From: Nemertoderma westbladi | Taxonomy: Eukaryota; Animalia; Xenacoelomorpha | Direction of reading: 5' to 3' | Length of the DNA: 64,000 nucleotides | Assembly: GCA_032718475.1 (NCBI GenBank) | Contig: JAUCBJ010008410.1 | Span: 1-64,000 of the forward strand | Part shown: positions 22,590-34,889 of the stretch, in pieces | How positions within the stretch are numbered: position 1 is the first letter of the stretch | Layout of the letters: each line of letters opens with the position of its first letter | Made by a program: the position numbers and the translations under genes | The notes under the pieces: model-generated | Told to the model about the DNA's origin: nothing | What the model saw: the letters and a program-made list of their open reading frames with translations, nothing else | Databases searched by the model: none

Positions 22590-22751
22590 GTAAATATAAC
22601 ATTATATTAGTTTTTATAAGTTACAACATAAATTAATATATAAAGATAAAATATATGTCAAATACATGCCTTTCTCTCTAATTCTCTCTGGGAGGGACTG
22701 TGTTGACATAAAATCATAAATGACTTTATAATAAGACTTTATGCATAAAAT

Positions 22752-25175
22752 GATTATCATTATTATTATTATTATTGTTTATTTCAGGCTATACGGCCCA
22801 TAGTAAAATATATATATATATACACGAACACAACTGATACAAGACTTATTAGTATTATAATTAAATAGCACATATTATTATCCTAACTAAATATTCTACT
22901 GTATTGGTGACAGAAATTAAATGTAGTACTTAAAATATCGTTATTGGATTTAGATACTCTTCTCTCGAGACTACCCAGAGACGCATGATGAATGTGTACG
23001 AACATTGGTAGGTTAAGCCTACCAAATGTCAATGACATGCTCGTCGGTTCATCATTAGTCATTCTAGGGACATTAAATAATAAACGAACAGCATTGTTAT
23101 ATGCAACCGATAGCTTATTAAACACTGCACCAGTATAATTACGCCGTGCCCACAATGCATTACAATACACTGGTGTTATGTAAGCTTTAAATAAGCACTT
23201 TTTAACATTATCTGAGCATCTTCCAAATTTTCTAACGAGCATATTCGCCCTAGCGTATATCGAGCATGTCTGTGATTTAATATCAAAGTCATCATCCGTA
23301 CTACAATGCAACCAGTGTCCTAGGTACTAGAATTTTTCTAGTATGTCGATTGGTCTGTTATATAGATAGACCCTACCTACTTCCAAACCTTTGCAACGTT
23401 GAGGCACATAATATAAACATTTAGTCTTTACTGTATTAAACAAAATTGAATTTGCATTTGCAAAAGATACTGCCTTATTAATTAGTATTTGCAGGCCAAT
23501 CATTGAGTTTGACAATAAGCACAAATCATCTGCGTACATGATATGGTTTATACGTAAACCTCCTAAACAACAACCTACACCCGTGTCAGTGAGTTGTTTA
23601 CTTAAGGGGGGGGTATACCCCCCCTCAGGTAAAATTTTCAAATTGTTGTTTCCTTATTTCATCTAGTGCAGAATTTAATGAGGATTACAAATCTGAAAAC
23701 CGCTTAGTGAGACCTCTTTCGGTTCTCGAGTTATCACTGTTTTTCCATATGACGGTCTGTCCGTCAAATTGTAAGAAAGACAGAAGACCGACAGTCAGAC
23801 AGATAGACTAGATTCGACCAAAAATTAAAACTGACATCGGAAATGAAATCAGCGACCCCGAAAACCCCCGTAATGAACATTTTAGCTCGTTGGTATGCAT
23901 CCTTCGTGCCAGAAATAATTAACCAACCAGAACGCAGACAGCCAATTTTGGCGGGACGGTTTAAACTTTGAAGGGCATTTTCTCGGAATGACATTTTTCA
24001 TTTTCAAATTACTACTCCTCCGTCATTTTTTAACCAATTTTCTTCGTTTATGGCTCATTCGAACGAGCTTTGGAAGCTCTTTAAAAGTTATCTTATGGAA
24101 TTTTGATAAATATTACCATTTTTTCTAATTAGCCAATTTTAATTAAAAATATGATAATTAATTAATTAATTTAATTAATTAAAATAAAAATAGCTAATTA
24201 AAAATTCTATAAGATAACTTTTGTAGAGTCGATCACGCTGAGTCCAAAAAAGTTGGTTTCAAGAAATTTGGACCAAAATTGACGGACTAGTAGCAATTTT
24301 AGTGAAATCTTTAATTCCGCCGCCCGCCGCTAGGGGGAGGCTATAAATTTTCAAATTTTACTATAAAGGCTATTTGGCATTCCATACAGTGGTTGACCAT
24401 GACAAAATAGCAATATTATCATTTAACACTAATTGACAGCCATTTTAAAAAAAGGTTCATGGGGGGGTATACCCCCCCCTTAAACTGTCAACGTATACAA
24501 TAAATAATGTCGGGCTTAATAAACCACCCTGGCGGGTACCATTAGATACCGTAAACGTTGAGGATTTATTTCCATCCCAATTGACACACATTTGCTGCGT
24601 CCTATACCAAAAAGCTAACAACTGTACAATATATACCGGGAAACCTAACGCCAATAATTTCTTAAAAAGTTTAAAGTGGTTTACTCTATCGAAGGCTTTG
24701 GAAGCATCTAACATACACACAAAAACCGGTGTGTCATTGGCAAGATAATAGTTGATTAATTCCTTCAGTGTATATACACATGTTTCTGTACCTAGTCCCG
24801 GTTTAAACCCGAACTGATTACCTCTAGTCGCAATATAATTATGACACCTACTAAGTAAAATAATTTCTAGAATTTTACTGAGCACCGTTGACAATGCGAT
24901 ACCTCGATAATTGTCCTTAGACGTTACATCACCAGTACGATCCTTTAATAAAGGTATAATAATACTTAGCATTAAACTTTCAGGCATGTATCCATGTATA
25001 AGAATTGAATTTACTAAGATACGTAATTTAGTTAATAAAGAATAACACAAACCATAATATAAATGCTCACTTACTAACAAATCAGGGCCATATGATTTTC
25101 CTAAATTTAGGTTATTTATCGCGTCAAATAACTCTTCTAGAGATACTAGCTTAATATCGGAGACACACATTATAT
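22752..25175 (-). mobile_element. 5'-truncated non-LTR retrotransposon (RT domain), interrupted by a Kolobok MITE
   Basis: LDASKAFDRVNH, GTRQGGLLSPTLF and NHIMYADD motifs, with a (TAA)n tail near 22755-22777. Confidence 0.88.
23606..24479. mobile_element. Non-autonomous Kolobok-type DNA transposon (MITE)
   Basis: TTAA TSD at 23602-23605 and 24480-24483, GG..CC termini, and self-palindromic TIRs GGGGGGG(G)TATACCCCCCC(C). Removing it restores the RT frame (VDSLSKQL). Confidence 0.88.
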
Positions 25176-25559
25176 GTTTATAATAATATATACATATAAT
25201 TAACATTAGCTAAGCAACCGACATGTGTATTATGAAGCTCAGGCAATTACAAAATCTTTTTTTAGTGTTTTCACAAATGGTGCCTTACGCAGTTTCCTAT
25301 AGCAGCAATCCTACTTACTATAGCAATGGGTTTGCCATTCAATTATACAGTATTAATTATATCATGAATTTTAATTTTTTAGGCCCTTTTACATACTGTA
25401 AGGTGACTGACAAGATTAGATGTTAAGGTTATCTCTATTACAACACTGATATTATAATATATTCATCGTCAGACAATACAATATTGAAAAAGTACCGGTA
25501 TGCATATATAAAACCAAACACCAAGCGAACTGTAACAACAGGTAGGCCTACACGTCAAC

Positions 25560-27575
25560 CATCAGACAAAACACACTCAGCCTATCACCAGAGTCCTTGC
25601 ACACCCCCATCTAAAGAATGAGTGATAGCCTTGCAGCCTCTTATATTATCTGACCGACCATCTTCTAGTAAGACAACTTGATCAAAAGGAAGATCATTTA
25701 CTATGCTAGGGTTGATAAAACGTGGGGCAAGTCTTTTCTTTATTCCAGGTTCCCTAACAAGAAAAACTTTGTCTCTTACTTTCGGCCCAATCATTGGTAC
25801 TGCTAGTTTTGTTTCTGGCCAATCAGAAACCGGATGGAAATTAGAAACACCAGTAATTGCTCCCAGAGGTGATGTGCCTAGTACAGTATATCATGGACAG
25901 TTATATTGATATTATACACTGCTTCTTGAAGATTATCAATCCATGAACCTCCCATGCATCGAAGTCTATCATTTAATGTTCTGTAAACACGTTTACATAT
26001 TCATTCCATTGCCCTGCGGCTGATTGGCAGTAGTTTTCTGCTGGGTTACTGAAGTTACCCCTGTGATCTGGAAGCAATGTTTGGGGAGGGCCCCAGAGAA
26101 ATGCCCAGTTTTCCACAAACGCCTTCCATGTTGCTCATCATTAGAGGAACAGCGACATGAAAACGAGTTGCATGGTGATAATGGATAAATCAGAGTTTGT
26201 AACCTGACCATATTGTACTGGGATCGGCCAAACCAAATCAATTGCCACAAACTCAAATGGTGAAACTTCTGGTGCAGTTGGCATGTTTGTTTGTATGCTT
26301 TTTGTGCTGCACATGTATTGCAATTCTCCAATATTTGTCCTATACGTCCTATTAAATCTCAACACTACAATCCTGATGACAGAATATTCAAACTCGTATT
26401 TTTTGCTCCGAAGTGATCTGATGAATGATATTGAGATACTAGTTCATTAACGTCTCCTTCAGGTATAACTATTCGTCCATCATAATAGCACATCATCCAA
26501 TCTATATCAGTCCAGTATAATATCACAGTTCTCCTGGTCGCTTTTTGAACTGGATCCAACCCGAAAACAACCCATTTTCAGAGATTAAATTCTCTGGAAA
26601 TGGACTGAATTTCAGTTGACACTATCGCTGTAGACTCATAGTGATGATGAGTATCAATGCAAACTGTCTTAAACGGCGCCCAGTGAACATATTAAATAGT
26701 GGCAGAAAGTTTCCAGCTCTTATATATTATTAGTATAGATTGTAAATTGTAGATTATTATAAAGCAGGTTATAATGCGGAATGGCAGGCTTTTCAAACCA
26801 AATCAACAAATTATCTCATCAACCATTTAGAGAATGGAGCAGCAAAAAAAGACAGGTTCATTTACATTTTGAATTCAAATAATTCAATTAAAATACTTTG
26901 CAATGACAGTGTTGTTGCAAACATGTACAGTCAACTTCTTATAATCTTTGGTGTATTGAAGGTCTCTACGTACATGTCCGCATCCTCTATTGTGGTTGAA
27001 GTTTGACCAGATGCAGCGTCTATAAAATCCACATCTTTAACTAAATCCATTGGACTCCCCTCCATGGCGAACGAGTCCAAATTGGACCAATCGTCATAGG
27101 ACATTGGAACAGTTTCGGCTCAAATACAGTTCAGAATGGATTCGCAGGGACGTTTTCGGGTTTCTGTCTTGTAAGACCATTGCTGCACCAGCTGCACTAT
27201 CTTGAACAGATCAGATAAACTGGATCATAGGCAAGCAATGGTTCTCTAAACATGGTCTGCTGTATTATGATCTTTTATATAAGGATTGGTTGACTCCCGG
27301 GTGTTATTAGTTGATGGGTGTACAGCAGCGAATCCCTTGTACCACGTTGGAGTCCACGTCAAGTTTCTTCAAAGTTTTTCTAGGGAATTAGCTGGGGCAG
27401 TTTCTGATTTCCACGAGGGGCCAATTGAGAGATGGGGGGGAGAGATTTTATGGAGAAGAATATTGAATTTTACTGAGTAAAATATTATTTTACTTCAATT
27501 CAATTCATTTTATTTTACTTTCAACAATTTCCAAGATTAATTAAGGAGGAATTCTCGCACTCTCGTCACCATGGT
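25560..27575 (-). mobile_element. Degenerate Gypsy-like LTR retrotransposon remnant
   Basis: Integrase-like fragments (H....HFG, PFEFVAIDL, QPQGNG, LAPRF) and a PBS-like TGGTGACGAG near 27570 on the minus strand. Confidence 0.65.
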
Positions 27576-28098
27576 AATCATATTGATACAGTTCGGGTAG
27601 GGTAGGTTGACCTCAGGTGACTAGTAAAATCAGCTGACAGAAAACTCACAGAACGTGTACTTATTAACCACCTCACACCAGCTATAAACGTACAATACGC
27701 AAACGAGTTCGATACTGGATGGTGAATTCTACACGGCTTTCCCGTCTGAAATTTATTTTGGTGCACTATTCAACTGTCATCTTCCGTATATTTTATTTTT
27801 TGGGTGTACTATATTTTTGTGTACTATTGCTAACCAATCAATGTATTTACTCAATTTCAAACCACACGCCTTTAACAATTAAATCTTGGTGCAATCATGG
27901 AATGCTTAATATAGACGGAACCACATTAGTGTTATTTGCCATTGTGCATAGAGGGGTTAAGTCAGGTACAGTGTGTTCGCTGGATTATGCCACAGTCCTC
28001 TGGAAATATGAATTAAAACACCAAGTATAGTATATACCGGTATTTAACTTCTCAATTAAGTAACTAACACAACACTATAAAATATTACTATCTCAGAC

Positions 28099-30160
28099 TC
28101 AATTTTTTTTACGTTTTAAGGATTTGAACCTGGTCACATTAGAACTTCCGATTTCAGTTCTCACAATATCATCTTTGCTTTTTTTAGTTTCAGCGCTCAA
28201 AAACAAGTTCACAATCTTTGATATGTACTTCCAATGATGCGATTTATGTAAAGTACATAAAAACGTGCAGTCCAGCTCATCTTTCAAAGATTCGAGGCAA
28301 AACCGCTTTAGAATTTCAGCCGAATTTCTGAGCATAGATACTGTTAGATATGGAAACACTGATGACAGAATTGCGAAGGTTTTAGCGCAAAAAGAAACAA
28401 ACTCCTCATGAGCAATACATAAACCACCCTTGTTTATTTTTTCCATATACGACTGAGATCCTGGTAGATCTTGAACGAGATGAGACTGTTCACATTTATC
28501 CGGAGACAAACTCTCAACAATCCAACCAGCAAGATATTCAATGACATCAAGACTCTCACTGGTAACATCCAAATCATTAAATACAAGTTCTTCTCTAAGA
28601 CAGATTTCCTCCAACTGATGGAAGGCTGTCTCATATTCTGGTCTGGCGATGTAATCCGTAATATCCAATGCTTCTTTTAATAAACACTTAATCTGGAGGA
28701 TATTTTCCGAAGTACGAGCCTGGCGCAATCCAATTAGAAACATTCCACCGGAGATCTGGCGGTAGGCCAAAAATCGCAACTCGATCTTCTCATCTCCTAG
28801 TACGGATAAGTTGAAATGTTTATAACCCCAATTATTAAAAGCAAGATCTAGAATTTTTGCGACATTAGTTGTTGTGTAAATGAAGGCCCTGATCGTGTAA
28901 GTAGTGAAGCATTGATGTGGAACGCCCAAATCACGCCATCTACAAAAAAAATCCGCAAACTTTCCGAAGAATATAATTCGTTCATCGCCAACTGAGAATG
29001 TTCTCGAGTATGGCGAAGAAGTTGCTGTCTTCGTATTCATAAACAACCAGAATATACGAAACAACTTTAGAAAATTAGCTGTAGCATTGCTCTTAAGATA
29101 AAACTCCATTGCTTCAATTGTTCGCCGATCATATATATTCAAAACCAGTTGAGTGTTCTGTTTGTTGTTACTGAAGTTGAGAGTTTGATAAGATAACCGA
29201 GGAGCACGACGTAAATTCATTTGTTCTTGGACTGTGTCCAATTTGTAGAGCATTTTCAGGTCATCGCAGTTTGCTTGACTTTCCCCTCTTATAATAAAGT
29301 TCATCACACTTGTCAATAAGGCTGGCTGATTGCTTTTTCATTGTTTCGAGCGTTATCAGCAACAAATATTCGAGGAATAAATCCCGCATCACGTAGCAAA
29401 TTGTACAATTAATATAGTTGAGCAAATATTTCTTCTCCAGAAAGGCTGGCGGGGCACGGAGTTTGTTTAACAACAATTGCTTCGCCATAAGTTAGTCCTC
29501 GAACCATGAAACAAAATAAAATTTTGTCACGAGAATCAACAATCCCTCCCTGGCAAAAGGAAGCGCCACGTTTCAAATAAATTTCGTCCCCATAAATGGC
29601 AACCTGTCTGTCAATATCCATTCCCTGTATAGCATATAGTATAGTATATAGTATAGTATAGTATAGTATAGCGTTAATAAAGGCAGGCCCGGACGATGTC
29701 AGCAGGAAAAATGGGAAACTTCTTACAATACCGATACCAAAGAAATCCAGAAATTCCCTCGGTAATTCGTTTTCATCCGAAATATGAGTGAACAATGTGA
29801 CTTCGTTGATCAACCGCACCAATTTAGACTTTAAATTAACTTTACTAAACCCAGAGTTGTTACGATGTAGCCAACTGAAATTATACAGCGGAATTTCGCT
29901 TCCTTGTTACTTCACTATAAAACTATCAAGTCCGACTGAAATCGAAAAAGAGAGGAAACAAGCCGTCTCATCCAGTTCAAATATATCTACAAATCCTTCC
30001 CGTCGACGAACTCAACTATCTCGCCCAGCTAGTGAAGGTTCTGCAGACAAGAACCCAAAGGAATCACTAGCCAATCCAGACTGTCCAAATCCTTAAGTTT
30101 CTTCATCTCCGACGCTTCACATTCGATCTCGGTCTGGTAGCGGACTTTGTTGGTTATTTC
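28099..30160 (-). pseudogene. P-element/THAP9-like transposase, frameshifted
   Basis: GDEIYLK, APRLSYQTLNFSNNKQNTQLVLNI, DEKIELRFLAYRQISGG, YLAGW and KGGL motifs. TIRs not identified. Confidence 0.75.
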
Positions 30161-30525
30161 CTATAGTTAGCAATATCCAAAGCCTGTTGAGATTTTTACT
30201 TGATACACAGCAATTGATAAAGTTAAGGATGTGTCATACAGCAGCACTTGGCTGTGAACACAGAAGTGTTTATTTGATGGATGTGGGTTTGTTATGCTTT
30301 GGTTACGGATCTTGTTAAGCAAATAAAATGAAAAATGCAGGTATTTAACAAGGAAAATGAAATCTTGTAATAAACACAAATAGTGAATCATCAATGCAAT
30401 TACAATATTAAATGTTCATTCAGATAAAGCCAATATGTATGTATGTATACAACAGTTTACCATGCCATATCTGATATGACTTACACTACATGCAGATCAA
30501 CATACATTGTCTTTTATTTTTTCAG

Positions 30526-30648
30526 ATAAACCACTATGTAGAGATTATCATGAATCGTGTGCTGGCTGGGAGAATATTGGTGAATGTGTAAACAACCCAG
30601 TGTGGATGACTTATAACTGCATGGTGTCATGCGATACATGTCCTGATG
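30526..30648 (+). CDS. ShKT domain exon 1 of the host metalloprotease gene (GC donor, or terminal exon with stop at 30651-30653)
   Basis: After a TTTTCAG acceptor it encodes CRDYHESCAGWENIGECVNNPVWMTYNCMVSCDTC, the 6-Cys ShKT pattern. Phase 1-1, 123 bp. Confidence 0.85.
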
Positions 30649-30982
30649 GCTAGTATTTGTGCATAATAATATAATAAAAATAAATTTTTAGATTCAGTTA
30701 ATCTCTAATAATTATAATATGCGAATTTATGCACCGAGTCTAGCTTTGGGTCGTTTTTACTCCATTGACTAAATAGTCTGTTTTCCTTGCTGGTAGCAGC
30801 TGATATCAACGGCGCTATTTATATCTTTACAATATCATTGTTTTTTTTGTCGGTTGTTTTATACTAAATATATTAATGATGTATGATAGACCTAGGTATG
30901 AGGTAAGTCAGTTTTTCAGTTTTGTTCTTAAATAAAGTATGTTAACAGTGCGACGAACATGACGGGAATGCGGGGATCGCAA

Positions 30983-32046
30983 ATATTAGAGAATGAAGGT
31001 CAGCAGCACCCGCAAGCAAAATTAAGTTAAGGTATAAATGCCTGTCTATATTATAGTCCTTCTTCAGGCAAATAAAATAAGTACAATATAACCGTTAACA
31101 CGTTAGATATAACTGAAAGTTTTAAATTTCCCTCCAATTGTAAAGGTTATGCAATGCTTGATTATATGGTAAAGTAGGTGTGAGTTGGTAAATGTAAAGT
31201 ATAGTAGGTGTGAGGTACAGTAGGTGCACGCTGGTAAATATTACTACATTGAGTAGGTGCACGCTGGTAAATATTACTACATTGAAAAGAAGGTAACAAT
31301 GAAATATAATTATGCTAAAGAATGAATAACAATAATATGAATAAATCGTGGTAAGTATGTAGAGTAGGTGCACATTAATATTATGTACCGGCGGTAAATA
31401 TTAATACAACACATAAAATAGGAAACAAATAAACTAAGAGAGAAAACATAATTATGTTATGCATGAATATATTAATATTATGTAACGGTTGTAAATAAGG
31501 TGTGAGGTGCAGTAGGTGCACACTGGTAAATATTAATACATTGCAAAGGAGGTGACAATGAAATAATGAAAGAAATATAATTATGTTATGCAAGAATATT
31601 AATATTATAACAGTGGTAAATCATAGAATATGGTGGTAATGTAAAGTAGATGTAGGGATGGTAAGTGAAGTAGGTGTGAAGGGAATGAAATATAATTATG
31701 CTAAGCGTGAATATTAATAATGTGTATAAATCGTGGTAAGTATGTAGAGTAGGTGCAAATTAATATTATGTACCGGCAGTAAATTTAATATAGTATAGTA
31801 ATATAATAATATAGACCCCTAGATCCCTTCCTATACTGTAACTCACACCTACTTTACCATATAATCAAGCATTGCATAACCTTTACAATTGGCGGGAATT
31901 TTTTTAAAACTTTAAGTTATATCTAACGTGTTAACGGTTATATTGTACTTATTCTATTTGCCTGAAGAAGGACTATAATATAGTCAGGCATTTATACCTT
32001 AACTTAATTCTGCTTGCGGGTGCTGCTGACCTTCATTCTCTAATAT
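30983..32046. mobile_element. Foldback/MITE-like element with ~205-bp terminal inverted repeats and internal tandem repeats
   Basis: 30983-31186 is the reverse complement of 31840-32046 with few mismatches. Internal repeats of GTAGGTGCAC..GGTAAATATTA. Confidence 0.8.
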
Positions 32047-32443
32047 GTTAACATCTAATATTTTAACAGTGTTGAGTGATTATATAGTATATTATTATAG
32101 TAGAGTAGAAATGAGCCACAGTAAGTAAAGAAACACTCGGGGTGAAAGAATTTGTTATTTTAAGTAACAAGTCGGTTTAAAATAGACCAAAGAACGTTAT
32201 ATGTTTTTTTGTGTTAGATCGTGCATTTTAGTACATGTGCAATTTTGAAGAAATCTGTATTTAATTAATTTAGTATTATAATATTCTATTTTTAGAATTT
32301 ACTACATTTTTTGGTATGTTGGTAGTTCGTGTCATTTAAAAATACACCATAAATACTGGACCGTAAAATTGTACATTGTATGATGTTGTTTCTTCTTCTC
32401 TGAATCTGTTCGCGTAATATACTGTGTACATTGTTTATTTCAG

Positions 32444-32560
32444 GAACATGTACAGATTCCGCATCCTCATGTGTTTATTGGGAAAGTATTGGTGAATGTG
32501 TAAACAACCAAATTTGGATGCATCAGAACTGCAAGTTATCTTGTGGAACATGTACTGCTG
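32444..32560 (+). CDS. ShKT domain exon 2 of the host metalloprotease gene
   Basis: TTTCAG acceptor and GTTAGT donor. Encodes CTDSASSCVYWESIGECVNNQIWMHQNCKLSCGTC. Phase 1-1, 117 bp. Confidence 0.87.
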
Positions 32561-32656
32561 GTTAGTTTCTGCACATATATGTATATTATACATATGTAAT
32601 ATAATCAGATATACAATTTTAGTACACCTACAGTATATTCATACAGTTGGAAATGA

Positions 32657-32750
32657 ATAATTATTTTGGAATCTAATAATTATTATTTTGGAATCTAATA
32701 ATTATTATTTTGGAATCTAATAATTATTATTTTGGAATCTAATAATTATT
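32657..32750. repeat. 22-bp minisatellite (TTATTATTTTGGAATCTAATAA) x ~4
   Basis: Tandem copies seen directly. Confidence 0.9.
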
Positions 32751-33261
32751 GGGAAATCGTATGACAAAAACTTTTACTATGGCGGGTTAAGTGTCTAATT
32801 AAGTGCAGTCTTCGTATCTAATTGGTTTCCTTTCTTTGAAAGTCTCACCTCCGTGAATTTTTATCTCATCGGCAAAACAACAAAGGTAAATGTCAATTAT
32901 GGGAATGATGGTGTTTAGTGTAGTGTATATTCCTGTTTAGGAGATCTAACCAACCCCCCCCCCCCCCCCCCCCCCCCCCAGGAATAGTTTTTAATTTGAG
33001 CCCGAGTTAGGATGTAGGCGCCATGCATTTTTTTCATACTTACCAATTTTGGGCCCCCATAATTACTTATTTTGGGCAAGGCCAATAAAATCTAATTTAC
33101 GACAACGAGTTATTAAGTCGGGGTGCCATTACTTTGATTTTAGAACTTCTTTACTAGTGATTCTAGAATCTACCTCATTAAAAAGGTCGCCCTTGTTGAT
33201 TTTAAACTCCTATATTCTTCATCCAATTACAACATGAAATATTAATTCTACTCTATTTTAG

Positions 33262-33316
33262 ATCCATGTGGATGCATTAATCCACCCTGCGTGATGACAT
33301 CAACTCTAAGTGCTGA
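33262..33316 (+). CDS. Host ADAM exon with Met-turn (CxC...CVM)
   Basis: TTTTAG acceptor and GTTAGT donor. Encodes (D)PCGCINPPCVMTSTLSA(E). Phase 1-2, compatible with the flanking exons. Confidence 0.8.
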
Positions 33317-34889
33317 GTTAGTATTCTTAAAGATTACAACGTATGCGCAATCTCTAAAGTATTAGTTCCAATCCTGCAGATGATGCGACGCTATAGAGTT
33401 TTACAAAAAGTTGATTTATTTCAAAGGGTTACCCACAGCCTGCTGACCGCACTTAACAAACTTACAAATCGAACATATTATTTTGTCTGGAAGATTCACA
33501 TCGAAAAAAATTATGATATTTGATCACTCTTATTGTCACTTTTTTTACAATTAAAAACTGATGGTAGTATCCCAAAATTTAGAATATATTACATATCCTT
33601 TATTAGGGTTAATGAAAAGATAAACAAACAAGTAAAAACAACCTGCACCTGCACTCAACGAATATAAGATAACCAAAATATCAAATATGATAAGGCCTAT
33701 CAGACTATACTACTCGAGTTAGACAGATTAATAACGGAAATCAGAATACTGCTTGTCTACTAATAGAATAGCGCTAAAGAAAATAAAGATAGTAACAAAA
33801 TGTTGGGAATTGCAGTCTAGTAAAGCAGAAGAAAATACACAGTAGGGTGCATCAAATGCCCCACTTTTTTTAAGAAATGGAATGGATACTTTTTGTCCCT
33901 AGATTTATTTTGTTCAATTTGATGATAATAATGAAATTTTGAAAGTTTTGTATAACCTGTAATTTGTCTTCGGGGTCGGGGTCCTTAGAGCACTCAAGAT
34001 ATGACAGTCGGCGATTGATCCAGTTATCGTTATAGATCCAAATAAGCTTATGCATGGGTGTGGAAATGTTATTCAATCATCAAAATTTATGTATGATATG
34101 CAATTTGCTTTCAAATGGTATGCTACATGATACCTTTCCAAAAATATTTACAAGATTGATTATCCCCCATTGACAATGGCAGTGTGGTGATCTAATATTT
34201 TTTTTGTTTTTAATCTAATATCAATCCTTATGACTATAAAGGCCCTTGACTGAGTACCACCCCACCAGAAATGAAATAATTCCTAAACCAATCGATGATC
34301 TGATGAATTCAAAGATACAAAATACAAGGAGATTTATTATGCTTGAGTTTGAGTATGTTTTATATTTCCCCTTATTTTTATGAAATGATATTATTATATT
34401 TATTCAATAATATTCCCTTTGTAATAATTGTTTTACGAAACATATTATTATATACATACTCTTACTACAGTTACTGGTAAAGTTAATTAATATGATGGGA
34501 TTAATATTATGATGAGTTACTTAGGTTTATGCAAGTTCGGTGTTTTCTTCCTATCTGCTTCATAGACCTGAAGGACATTTTGGTGTTAGAAGTTGAAGTG
34601 TATATATCGAATATCATTATAATATAATAGGCCTACTAGCCAAACATGACTGCAGATATATAAACCTAGCGCAGTACAGCAGTACTTCTGACAGTCATTG
34701 TAGATGCTTAGTACCGGTTGCCGGTAGCACAATGATAAACTATAATGTAATACAACTAGAGTATTTAAATTTCCCGCCACACCCTTAAGATACTGATCAT
34801 CGCATAATATATTGTCATACAGTTTAAAGGTAAGTTACAGTTTCTAACACTCCCACTTGACTATAATAATTATGCGACATTGAATTTAA

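Noticed and set aside
31122-31593. Hydrophobic minus-strand ORFs in the foldback element
   Set aside because: They are low-complexity translations of AT-rich tandem repeats.
32954-32979. Poly-C run (also poly-G at 46180-46201) as a functional G-quadruplex element
   Set aside because: Homopolymer length is unreliable. The poly-G is explained as a Kolobok terminus, and nothing else supports a function for the poly-C.
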